Assembly (NCBI GenBank): GCA_964019425.1 | Contig: OZ025785.1 | Location: 1,488,001 to 1,552,000 of the forward strand | DNA length: 64,000 nt | Source: Flectonema sp. DT1601 | Taxonomy: Eukaryota | Direction of reading: 5' to 3' | Shown here: in pieces, positions 34,732 through 45,091 of the stretch | Layout of the letters: each line of letters begins with the position of its first letter | Numbering within the stretch: the first letter of the stretch is position 1 | Program-made: the position numbers and the translations under genes | The notes under the pieces: model-generated | Database searches by the model: none | The model's input: the letters and a program-made list of their open reading frames with translations, nothing else | What the model was told of the DNA's origin: nothing

Positions 34732-35538
34732 ATGACTGCGGCTACAAGAGAGCCGACGGACATTACGTTTAGTCGTCCGGTAGTGAAAAAAGTTACCAAT
34801 GGAAAGATATTTTGTATGAAAGGCAATCCTCTTCGACTTAAATCTAATCAAAAATTATCGCAAGCGTTTACTTTAGATATTGGGATGTACAGTACTTTTG
34901 GGAGGTTTCACAAGGGACCCACAATACCGAAAGTTGACCGTTTTCAGACAGAGGGATCACGTTATGAAAAGAGTACAACTTACTACTGTCCATCATTAGA
35001 AACTGTTGTTGCGAGTAATGGAAAAGGAATTAGGTCTGCAGTGATATCAAAGTTATCAAATAATGAAGTTATCATAGACAGATCAACACCAGGTGTCGGT
35101 GACTACGAGTGGGGTCACATGATCTCAACGGGTCGTAACGTTAACGGTGGTGGGTTTTCAAAATTAGATAGAAGCAAACATACTCAAATTCAAAAAGTTT
35201 TTGAAAAACCAGGTCCGGGTGACTGCACACCTAAGAATGTTAGCGGACCAACAGCTCCCGTCTGGTCTTTCTCACGGTCTCCTCGATTTAACTCCGAAGA
35301 TAAATCTGAAATAGGTCCTGGACATTATGGAATACCAACTCACAAGCCCAAGACTATCTACATCCCTAAAGGACCTGCACGTGATCCTCATATCACTTGT
35401 TCTTATAAAAACCTCAGATTGGAACAGTATGCTGCAGGTCCTGGTTCTTACAACGTCCGCAGCACATTCCGCAATAGGACTTCTCCCGCAATTGATAAAA
35501 GATGGGCTGCCTATGTTCCAACAGCACCAATTTCGTAA
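34732..35538 (+). CDS. SHIPPO/PG-rich repeat protein (ODF3/STPG-like, likely axonemal)
   Basis: Repeated PGPG.Y-type motifs (PGVGDY, PGPGDC, IGPGHY, AGPGSY) with FSRSPRF/FSKLDR linkers. Confidence 0.85.
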   Translation: MTAATREPTDITFSRPVVKKVTNGKIFCMKGNPLRLKSNQKLSQAFTLDIGMYSTFGRFHKGPTIPKVDRFQTEGSRYEKSTTYYCPSLETVVASNGKGIRSAVISKLSNNEVIIDRSTPGVGDYEWGHMISTGRNVNGGGFSKLDRSKHTQIQKVFEKPGPGDCTPKNVSGPTAPVWSFSRSPRFNSEDKSEIGPGHYGIPTHKPKTIYIPKGPARDPHITCSYKNLRLEQYAAGPGSYNVRSTFRNRTSPAIDKRWAAYVPTAPIS

Positions 35539-35795
35539 CCCCTCCGGCGTTTTGGATGGTTTCGTCAGCATTTACACATGGCCCTTATGAGAACACTTCT
35601 CTTTTTAGGAATTCTTTTTGTTTCGAAATTCATATTTGACTTTAAATGGATTATTAAATTTATGTTTGTTTCATTTATTCATTTTTTAATGTTCGAACAG
35701 GTGACAATGATTTGAGCAGAGAGCTACCTGACAGTAATAATCGCTCAGTGGCTTTAATTATTATTTCATATCTTTCAAGACGTATACACGCACAG

Positions 35796-36617
35796 ATGGA
35801 TATTTTTGAAATCTGTGCTGCGAACGATATCGATGCGCTTAGAAGACAAATCGAAAAAGATATCTCTTTAGTGGAAGCAGTTGACTATAATGGTAACACG
35901 GTATTGCATATCGCTGCTCTTAATGGAAATTGGAATATGTGCGAAGAATTGGTAGAGCTGTGTGATGTTTTTGCTTTTAATAAAGCTGGGATGCTACCAC
36001 AACACTTAGCATTTGACAGCAAGCATACAAAACTTGCAATGATGTTAAGAGACCATGGTGATAGTATTGGTGAGCATCATTTACTTGTTCAAACACCAGG
36101 TAGAGAAGATCTTCATATCTCATTACAAAATGGTGAATTAACAAATATTGATTTTATTTTATCAGGGATGTGTGGAATCCTTCAGGGTGAAACTCATCGT
36201 TCAACATATCGCGGAGCAGCTCTACCACCAAGACTACCTCGTTCTAGTCCTCAGTCGCCTATTGTTATTGAGTTTGTACCTGAAGTAGTGTACTTTAAAG
36301 TTCATAATATTGAAGGGTGTCCTGTTCTCGTTAAGTTGAATTATGATCAACCGTTGTCTAGAATTCTAGATACCCCTGGGCTATCAGAGTATCAATACTA
36401 TTCAGAAGGGGATGTCGTACTCACTTGGGAAGATAATATTCTTGATCTCAGGAATCCACCTGCTGTTTATAACATTCCTTGTACCATCGATCCTCCACAG
36501 ATGTTGTTGTTTAGACATTCTCGTGAAGATGATCCACTGTCACCTTCATGTAAGTCTCTTTCGAGATCATTTTTAGAAAGTTCATTAAGACCCGTATCAT
36601 CATCTTCATCAATGTAG
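35796..36617 (+). CDS. Ankyrin-repeat protein with C-terminal ubiquitin/SUMO-like domain(s)
   Basis: The ATG follows cacgcacag directly. Ankyrin repeats MDIFEICAAND..., DYNGNTVLHIAALNG, NKAGMLPQHLA. The C-terminal VYFKV...VKLNYDQPLSRIL...LTWEDNILD...PAVYNI resembles a SUMO-like fold (tentative). Confidence 0.8.
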   Translation: MDIFEICAANDIDALRRQIEKDISLVEAVDYNGNTVLHIAALNGNWNMCEELVELCDVFAFNKAGMLPQHLAFDSKHTKLAMMLRDHGDSIGEHHLLVQTPGREDLHISLQNGELTNIDFILSGMCGILQGETHRSTYRGAALPPRLPRSSPQSPIVIEFVPEVVYFKVHNIEGCPVLVKLNYDQPLSRILDTPGLSEYQYYSEGDVVLTWEDNILDLRNPPAVYNIPCTIDPPQMLLFRHSREDDPLSPSCKSLSRSFLESSLRPVSSSSSM

Positions 36618-37217
36618 TGTGACTTCAGCATAGTCACATCCTAGACCTTAGACTCCTTCATCAGAGTAGTGACAATCACTATGTCAGGTGCGTATATATT
36701 GTTGTTTATTATTTGTTATTTCAGATCAGCGAGGAACACGAATTTTTTTCTCTCCTCGACTGAAAGGTCAATACGATCTCTGCGTGTCTCGCATTTGAAT
36801 GCATGTCCTCACTCCTTCAGAAAGAAGAAAGAAAAAACTCCCCGACAAAACCTTTCATTTGACATTATTACCGATGTGACTTCTTCATTTCGGGGATTAT
36901 TTGTACAGCACCTCATCAGTATTGAATTGGTAGCGTTGCCTGTTGTTGTAATTTCTTGCTCACTTTCTTAGAATTGGACCCCTTTTGTATTATCCGAATC
37001 AACGAACACCTTACATCACCTCGTTCGAATCATTATACTGCAATCTTATTTAATAAATGATTTGTTCCTTGTAGTGAAGTAGTTGCGTTGTATCCTCAAG
37101 GTGATTATTGCTGAACTTGATGGATATTTCTTTTTCACAGGATAAACGATGATGACATTATGATTATACTGTTCTGTAACTTGACATATATTCCATCAGA
37201 ATAACAAACTGAATGAA

Positions 37218-40200
37218 ATGACGTGGGGAATCTATGCAGCTACAGGACGGGGTCACAGGGATTCAGCTGAGTGGAGTAGCAAATCAAACCAAAAGGGTGC
37301 TTCCAAAGACGAGGATAGCACAAATGGAACTCAAGATCGACATGTAAATACAGGCTGGGGATCATCTAAATCAGCCACTGGATGGGGCGACAATGCTCAA
37401 GGAGAAGTCAAGCACAACCGTTCGAGTAACAATTCAGTGAAGAATGCCAGCTCAGGTGGTTGGGGATCCAATAAACCCACTGGATGGGGACAAGGAAACG
37501 ATACCGACTGGGGCGACAACCGTTCAAACAACTCAATGAAAGATGCAAACTCAGGTAGTTCGGGATCCAATACACACACTGGATGGGGAAGTTCTAATCA
37601 AGGAAACAACACATCTAGAACGGACACTGCAAAGGGAAAAGGCAGCCGTCCGACTAACAATTCAACAAAGAAAGCTGGAGGCAATTGGGGGTCCAAGGAA
37701 CCTATTAGTCGGGGAAGCAATGTGCAGGAAAACACCGGCTGGAGATCTGCAACTGGATGGGGAGACAATACAAAAGGAAGAGATAGCCATCGGAGTAACA
37801 ATTCAGGGAAGAATGCCAACACAGGGGGATTCAAAGAACCCACCGGATGGGGAAGTAATGTTCAAGGAAACGACACTGGACACAAACGCCCGAGTGATAA
37901 TTCCATGGGGAACATTAATACAGGAAGCGGTTGGGGAACTAAATCAACTGGATGGGGTGACAACAACAACAACAACAACAACAGCGGAGGAAGTAAGGGA
38001 TCTGACCATTCAAAAACTAATGAAAGCAGCTGGGGAAGCAAACCAATACCCAAATGGGATAACCATTCGACTAGTAACAGTTCGAACTTCGGATGGGGAT
38101 CAGGTAAAGGTAGTACTGGAAAAGGTTCAAACATATCTAACGAATGGGAATCAGTTAAAGGAGGGGCTAAAGGATCAAAATCGGTTGCCAGCGCCACAGG
38201 ATGGGGAAACAAAACTAGTAGTTGGGGTGATTCTTCACCCGATAAGAGCGGTAAGGGCGGATGGGGAGAGGGCTGCACTGGCACCGGCATGGCAGAAGGC
38301 TTTAGCCAATCAAGCACTGGAAAAGTTTCACTCGAAAAGTCTACAAAGGGATTCCCTTTCAAGGGAGGATCAAATACACAATCCTCGAAGGGTAGCTGCT
38401 TCAAGGGAAAGAAAGGAGACAAGTCTTCAAACATTGTCACTACTGATCATTTCATGACAGACGCGAAAATAGTTTGTGATGTAAAAGGAAAGGGTTTTAG
38501 TAACATGATAGATAAGGGAATCAAGGGTATGCCAGTATCTGACGTGGCTTTTGGAAAAGGAACCAAGGACCGAAAAGGGACAGAGGGTGTACAAAGCAGC
38601 AGCAATTTAGGATCTCAAGCATCCGAATCAAGTCAATTCTTTCACGGCACTCCAGATACTTCACCAGCTCCTATGGAGCTCTCACGGAGAGGTAGTATTT
38701 CAGAGTTTTCAAACACTGAATCTACACACAGTAGTCTTAAAGGAAACAAAGGTGATAGAGATGGTCAAATGCAAATCCAACACTCTGAAATTGAAGCCTT
38801 AAAAGGAATGAAACTTGGATTTATGGAGAAGGGAGCAGGAAAGGGAGACATATTAAAAATCATTGAAAAAAGCAATATTTTCACGAAGGGGAAAAAGGCG
38901 CAAGCGGATTCTTCCTTTTCAGGAAAAGGAGCCAAAGGGGGATCTAATATAATAACAGGCACTTCACCTGTTGCACCACCATCTGTTGGTAAGCCTTTGA
39001 CATCACCTGTTGCGCTACCGTTGACATCACCTGTTGCACCACCGTTGACATCACCTGTCACGCCGTCATCTTCATCTTTGGAATCAGAGAGAGAACATTT
39101 AACCTTCTACAAGAATGAGAGAAGAAATTCACGAATAATAACAAAGAGTCAAGTCATCGATTGGATAAACCATCTCAAGAATGATGACGATCTATCTTTC
39201 ACAAAACTTAATAAAGACATAAGTACGTTAGCAGTCGCAGCAACGGTCTTTATTTGTGACATTGACGATGAGCATCATGAAGGGTTACTTAAAATGTTCG
39301 TCACTTGCTTCTTCAGCAGTGAAAGAATTGACAAGTCCACGCAAGATGAGTGCGTGCGAGTCGCGACTTCGGGGAGAGCGTTTTGTCAATTTCTGCAATC
39401 CGTCCTCGAGACACACGACGAAATGGAAACTTGCGTGAAGCTCTTGTCACTTGCCGCTGTGGCAAACCCAGAGGCGGTGAATATGAGGCAGTTAGTGAAG
39501 AAAGTTGATGACATTATTATAGCTGATGGTGATATGGATATTACTTCTTGGGAAGAGTTTATTGAAGTGACAAAGATGGTCGAAAATTCTTCAAAAGAAG
39601 AAGAGATTAACTTCAGTTGGAATGAGAAACACCTCAACAAGTATATAAATGCAGCTGACGTCAACTACGTTGTAGAAGATGGGATTATTCCGGATTTAAA
39701 TATCGTATTGATGGCTCACAAGAGATATCTTTTAAATGAGTTTATCAATTCTCTCAGGAAAGGTATCGATCAAATCAAACGTGGAGATTCAATTCAAAAC
39801 TGCGATGTCTGGTTGTGCACCGATACTTATTGTACGGAGGTTGTTACCAATATAGTTCAAATAGGAAGATTCGATGAGATGGTTGATTGGAGTAAACAAT
39901 TCCGAACTGGATCTCTTCTCTGTCTTAGTGATGATAAGTTTTGTGGCAATTTGTTGTTTGCTGTTACAGATGTGATGGATGTGCATAGAGAAGGATACGT
40001 TACTGCTCGACTCACCCAAGGATACCCCGGAGATCTAGTAAGTGGTCACTACGATGTGATTGAAGCAAAACAGTGTTCTTATGGAATCTACAACCGGATG
40101 ATGTCGAACATTGAAGACCAAGATCTGAAATCTATCCCTTTCCAAAACTTTTTCAGAGGAGATATAAATCCTGTTTGTTCTACTGAGAAGAGGTACGCGG

Positions 40201-41117
40201 ACACTTTACTCTCAGATCGTCCTCCAAGTGATGATGTTATTCTAATTAACAGTCGTCGTAGTCCAGCAGCCTTAGTTTTCAGAAATAAACTAATCAAACA
40301 ATTTCTAGAGCACAATAAGTCGGTTCTTGTTTTATTTAATACACAGTCTCAGTTGGACGCTTACACGCCGGATCTGGAAAATCATTGTTCGCTTATCCGA
40401 ATTGGGGAATCTCCACCAGGTGAGAATCATCAGAGGACTGTATGTGAAATTATTGGAGTTAAAATTATAGTTGGGACAGTTAGAAGTGTCTGTAGGAAAT
40501 CATGTCTTCACGTTTCAGAAATACTCCCAGTAACGATGATTGTCACTGATGCGACTGATATTCCTGAAGGAGAACTTCTGACTAGTATGGGAGTGATATC
40601 AACAGATCAATTGATATTATTCGGTAATGGTGAAAATATTAATGTTTCATCAACAATGAAGAGATTACTTAAACGTGGTATGCAACCGTATTGTATTCAG
40701 TCAGAAGACTCTACAACTGATGACAATATCGATCTCCCTTGTGAATGTGACCACTTTGAAGACGGAGATAATCACACAACAAAATGCGACAGAGAATGCC
40801 AGAATACACTAATGTGTGCGCACTCATGCAGAGGATTGTGCGGAGAGCCGTGTCCAGACTTCTGTGAGGAGACTTACTGTTCAGTCAATTTAGACTTTCG
40901 GAGGAGTCTCTCTGATACAACAGAATTCACTGAAAATACGAAATACATCCAACTAGATTGTAAACACATATTTAGTTATCTTGAATTAGATCATCACATC
41001 AGTAAGTTGATGAAAGATGAATCGATAAACACTCTGACATGCCCTGATTGCAGCTCTGTGATACTACCTAAGCACACAAGACGTTACAGAGAACAAGCCA
41101 TAGCGATAACAATGTAA
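37218..41117 (+). CDS. GW/WG-repeat protein fused to a degenerate ZNFX1 (NFX1-type Zn finger / UPF1-like helicase) module
   Basis: About 18 WG/GW motifs in aa 1-350, then a KG-rich region. ZNFX1-like blocks HKRYLLNEFINSLRKGI and VDWSKQFRTGSLLCLSDDKF. NF-X1-type finger CQNTLMCAHSCRGLCGEPCPDFC; RING-like IQLDCKHIF...LTCPDC...RRY. Confidence 0.85.
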   Translation: MTWGIYAATGRGHRDSAEWSSKSNQKGASKDEDSTNGTQDRHVNTGWGSSKSATGWGDNAQGEVKHNRSSNNSVKNASSGGWGSNKPTGWGQGNDTDWGDNRSNNSMKDANSGSSGSNTHTGWGSSNQGNNTSRTDTAKGKGSRPTNNSTKKAGGNWGSKEPISRGSNVQENTGWRSATGWGDNTKGRDSHRSNNSGKNANTGGFKEPTGWGSNVQGNDTGHKRPSDNSMGNINTGSGWGTKSTGWGDNNNNNNNSGGSKGSDHSKTNESSWGSKPIPKWDNHSTSNSSNFGWGSGKGSTGKGSNISNEWESVKGGAKGSKSVASATGWGNKTSSWGDSSPDKSGKGGWGEGCTGTGMAEGFSQSSTGKVSLEKSTKGFPFKGGSNTQSSKGSCFKGKKGDKSSNIVTTDHFMTDAKIVCDVKGKGFSNMIDKGIKGMPVSDVAFGKGTKDRKGTEGVQSSSNLGSQASESSQFFHGTPDTSPAPMELSRRGSISEFSNTESTHSSLKGNKGDRDGQMQIQHSEIEALKGMKLGFMEKGAGKGDILKIIEKSNIFTKGKKAQADSSFSGKGAKGGSNIITGTSPVAPPSVGKPLTSPVALPLTSPVAPPLTSPVTPSSSSLESEREHLTFYKNERRNSRIITKSQVIDWINHLKNDDDLSFTKLNKDISTLAVAATVFICDIDDEHHEGLLKMFVTCFFSSERIDKSTQDECVRVATSGRAFCQFLQSVLETHDEMETCVKLLSLAAVANPEAVNMRQLVKKVDDIIIADGDMDITSWEEFIEVTKMVENSSKEEEINFSWNEKHLNKYINAADVNYVVEDGIIPDLNIVLMAHKRYLLNEFINSLRKGIDQIKRGDSIQNCDVWLCTDTYCTEVVTNIVQIGRFDEMVDWSKQFRTGSLLCLSDDKFCGNLLFAVTDVMDVHREGYVTARLTQGYPGDLVSGHYDVIEAKQCSYGIYNRMMSNIEDQDLKSIPFQNFFRGDINPVCSTEKRYADTLLSDRPPSDDVILINSRRSPAALVFRNKLIKQFLEHNKSVLVLFNTQSQLDAYTPDLENHCSLIRIGESPPGENHQRTVCEIIGVKIIVGTVRSVCRKSCLHVSEILPVTMIVTDATDIPEGELLTSMGVISTDQLILFGNGENINVSSTMKRLLKRGMQPYCIQSEDSTTDDNIDLPCECDHFEDGDNHTTKCDRECQNTLMCAHSCRGLCGEPCPDFCEETYCSVNLDFRRSLSDTTEFTENTKYIQLDCKHIFSYLELDHHISKLMKDESINTLTCPDCSSVILPKHTRRYREQAIAITM
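38960..39064 (+). repeat. Coding minisatellite with a 24-bp unit (TSPVAPPL-like), about 4 copies
   Basis: acatcacctgttgc[ag]c[ct]accgttg is repeated in tandem, giving TSPVAPP...TSPVALPLTSPVAPPLTSPVTP. Confidence 0.85.
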
Positions 41118-41702
41118 GAAATATCTGAGGGTGTCATAATCTCATCTGAACCACCAAATGGTAGTTCCTCAGTGCTCCGTACGAACGTTTATGAAGGTAC
41201 TTTAAAAAAGAATCGGCGAACTTCACTTTTTTACTTTCTTACTCACACTTTTGTTTTGTTTGTCGGGTGCAAAATCCTTATAAAGGAATAGGTTAGTTGG
41301 GTTTGTAGGTACAAAAAAAAAAAAAAAAAAAAAAAAAAATACCACTTATTAGTCTTAAGATTTATAATCTGGTATCTCAGCTATATAGCATTTACTCTTT
41401 TTAGTGTTTTACTTTTAAAATTTAATAACAGCAGCCGAGATTCGACTGCTGTTTTTTAACCTCCAACAGTAACAACCAAACTCATATTTTTAGCAATAAA
41501 AAAAGGAAGGGGAAAAAAAAAACAGCCCAACCGATTTTTTATTTTTATTTATTTATTTTTTTCTTTTGAGACTGGAAAAAGAAAAAAAAAAAAAAAAATT
41601 TAAAAAAAGCAAGAACTTTTTTTGGAGAAAAACAACTTTGAATTGAAGTAACATATCAGTCATTATTTTCTCACAGGGTTTCCAGGGAGTGTAACCCAAG
41701 AA

Positions 41703-44647
41703 ATGAATAGGAGGCGAGTCGTTGAAGAATTAGATAGGGGACCAGGTGATGACGAAAACTCCGAATCAGCTGTCCAAGAACAGAAGCAATTAATACGAAA
41801 GATATTAGGAGAGGGACTTGGAGAAGGAGAAGCAGTAAATGAATCATGGGTCAATGTCGTATCAAGAATAGCATGGGTGTCATCAGGACTCCCTGAAGGA
41901 GTTCCCGTAACTGTGTATGATATACCTGAAGAACCTGACGCTCCAACAGATGCTATCTTAAGATCTGAAATCATAATGGGCGTCACTTCTCTTTTATTTC
42001 CAACTAACTTAGAGCCTTCACACAATGAATTACCTCGAATCCTTATTACTGATGCAAGCAGTAGTAACTTTACCAGTCTCGTACTTCCGAATTTAGATCC
42101 AGAATGCTACAGCTGTGTGATATCAGCACATGAATTAGAACAAAGTGCGGTAGACATATTCCCAGCGAGCTGTATCATTTCACATGGTGTTGGTGATGAT
42201 GTTGTTCATAAAGCTAGAAAGATCCTTGACACGACAGCTAATTCAACATTTCGACATAAAAAGTGTTCAGAATGTGGTCACTATCAAGTAGCAAACATGC
42301 TTTCTAAGAAGTGTAAGAAGTGTAAGAAAAGACCAGAAGCATGGCTGTCGTCACCCGATTCAAAAATATTTTACGACGGAACAGCTGAAGAGCTGACTGT
42401 TAGACGACTTGGATCAAATCAATCACTTGTGAGCATCAGTTCGAAATTCTTTAACTCTGGCGTTGTCGTCATTCTCAGAGGAGCTGGCAACTCCGTAATC
42501 AATGGAATGACACGAGTTGTTAACTACTCAAGAATGTTGAGACATAAAACTAGCTTATTATCATCCTTAAAGTGTAAGTACCGAACAGTTCCTTTTTATT
42601 CCACAACAGATTGCGATTTGACTTCTCCACTTCGAATACTAAGACAAAGAACCATAACAAAACAACCGGACATATCGACAGTGACATTATATAATGAACC
42701 TTTATATTCTTTTTTAGATAGGCTTAGCCATTGTGATACGGAAAAGGTTAGTTGTTCGAGAGGTTATTATGCTAATGGATTTGGAATGACTTTTCGTATT
42801 AACGGAGGTGGTGATTCTGGAGACACGAATTCTGCGGAAAGCACTGCGTCATCAATCTCTGAAGCAGAATCGTTTGGAGAACAATCTTGTATACTTCATG
42901 ATGATTCGGTTCCAACTTCTCACGAAGTATCACTCAGTTGTTGTATCCCTGGTTGTAACTCTTCAGTAAAACTAACTGATCATTTAGGAACCCCGACTGT
43001 TTATATTCCTGTTAAAGATCTTTTTCAAAGCGCTCTTTCAGGATGGAGAGGTTGTTATCAACACTGCGGTCATCCCTTACTTGATGCTACGATGATATTC
43101 AATCTTGAGCACAGCAACACTCCTCCACAACGAAGCATCTCAATATCATTCGAACGAGTGAAGGAACTCGGAGTTCGTGTCCCTCCATTAAGAACACCTG
43201 AAGGAAATCATTGTGTTCTCAATTTTATAAGAAGAGAATATCATGAACTTGTTGAAGCAGTCAATGATGCCTATGAAAAGCTTTTTTCATGTACAGACTC
43301 TGAAGTAGTACTTCGTGATATGAAAGAAACAAAAGAAACTATTCTACACAACATCTCAGACTTAAACATCTCTCACCGTGTTGATGAAGAAGATGTTTGT
43401 TTACAGGAATGTATTTCTGTTATTTCATCGCTTAATGAAGTTCGGCTAGATTTGCATTCAAAATTAGTCACACATTCCGAGTGTTGTGGTAATAGTGATG
43501 TGGCATTGCAATCGATTCCTAGTTCACTCTTTCATATTCCTCAGGGTGTTCCTGCTCTTCCGTTTACTGTCTTCGTTAGACCAGATGAGATCACATCTCA
43601 GATAGCATTCATATTATGCTCAGTACCTCATTTCAAAGCCATGGAAATGATATCTCAGATCGGTGATGCAAAACGTCGAGTAAAACCAATCACATCTCAA
43701 GGAGAAGATGATTGGACTCGCGATGAGCTGATCGGAATATTAAAAACTGATAACACTCGCAATGTTGTTGTCAAAGTTAATCAATTAACATGCACAGTCT
43801 ACGCTGCTCGTCAATTCGCAGCCCTTCGACAGTTACTTGGAGACGAGGAAGCTATTATAACATCACTCAGTCGCTGTAAGGCTTTTCAGCCTTCAGGAGG
43901 GAAGTCAGGAGCTTCATTCGTAAAGACTCTCGATGGCCGCTACATTGCAAAGGAATTGTCAGGTGGTCAGCTTGAACATTTTGAAAGAATCTCTGGAGAA
44001 TATTTTATGTACCTTGCTGGATCTATCACAAAGAAAGTAACATCAGCCCTCGCCAAATTTATCGGAATTTTTAAAATCGTCCGTCCTGGAGGAGAAACTC
44101 GAATCTGGGCATTGCAAGAGAATATTTTTTTTGGAGCCCCTGAAGTATGTCCTGCAACAGCGTCATCTAGTCTTCTCACAGGTGTATTCGATTTAAAAGG
44201 AGCAACTCGCCACCGCTATGCCGATGCTGATTCAGATGTTAAAATGGACAGCAATTTCTCTGCAAGTATAAATAAAGGTAAACATGTTTTTTTAACAAAA
44301 GCATCAGCTGCTTTGCTTCACAAGTCTTGCCATAACGATTCGTTGATGCTGAGTCGCTGTGATATTATGGACTACTCGGTGTTGGTATGTTATTGGTTAT
44401 TGCTTTAATCGTCTGGGTCAATTCTGCTACTTTAATAAAAATAAATAAACAGGTATCTATCACCCCAAGGGGTATTGTTGTAGGTATTATTGACTACCTT
44501 CAAGAGTTCACAAAGATAAAACAAGCTGAATCATTGGTGAAGGGATTAGTATCTGGTTCAGGTGAAGAACCGTGTGTGGTGGCTCCATCAAAATACAAAG
44601 ATCGGTTTAGAAGCGCTGCTGCGTGGTATTTTCCTTCTCTTTCCTAG
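41703..44647 (+). CDS. FAB1/PIKfyve-like phosphatidylinositol-phosphate kinase (short, no evident FYVE domain); exons 41703-44384, 44453-44647
   Basis: VRPDEITSQIAF, YAARQFAALR, SLSRC...GGKSGASFVKTLDGRYIAK, FDLKG, DSLMLSRCDIMDYSVL. After intron 44385-44452: VGIIDYLQEF...PCVVAPSKYKDRF. Confidence 0.92.
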
Positions 44648-45058
44648 AGATTTTATTTGTTTTTTTTGTTACGTTGTTTTTATTACTGGTTTGTATGCAG
44701 CTTTTGAACGCGCACTCAAAAAAAATGAATAAAAAATAATAGAATACTTTCATACTTTTCTCAGGGTGGTTTTGCATGTGTGAAGCTTTACCATTCCTCC
44801 TCTGTATCTGTTTTTTATGGTTATTTTTTCCGTTTATTAATATTATGAACCTTTTTTTTCCTTCTCATTATTTTGTAAAAGGAAACCAAAAAATTGGAGA
44901 TCTTTTTTTTTGTTTTTTTTTATTAACGAGTTGGTTGTGCAAAACCATCTCAAAAAAAGATGAAAATAAATAAAACAAGCAGTCATCCCGCAAAGGGTTG
45001 ATGGTGGCATCGTTTTTTTTTTCTTTCTTTCTTTCTTATCTTTCTGAGAAGATGGTAT

Positions 45059-45091
45059 TCTTCATTCATTCATTCATTCATTCATACATTC
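45059..45091. repeat. (TTCA)n microsatellite
   Basis: ttcattcattcattcattcattcatacattca. Confidence 0.9.

Noticed and set aside
21707..34851. Many short ORFs rich in poly-Phe or poly-Lys
   Set aside because: These are translations of intergenic poly(T)/poly(A) tracts.
37148..37213. Possible C/D-box snoRNA (ATGATGA...CTGA)
   Set aside because: There is no terminal stem or evident guide sequence, it lies in the presumed 5' UTR of the GW gene, and such short motifs arise by chance in AT-rich DNA.
37543..38457. 304-aa overlapping ORF in another frame within the GW region (possible dual coding)
   Set aside because: It starts at a non-ATG codon and has no recognisable motif. It is explained by the T-poor repetitive composition, which depletes stop codons.
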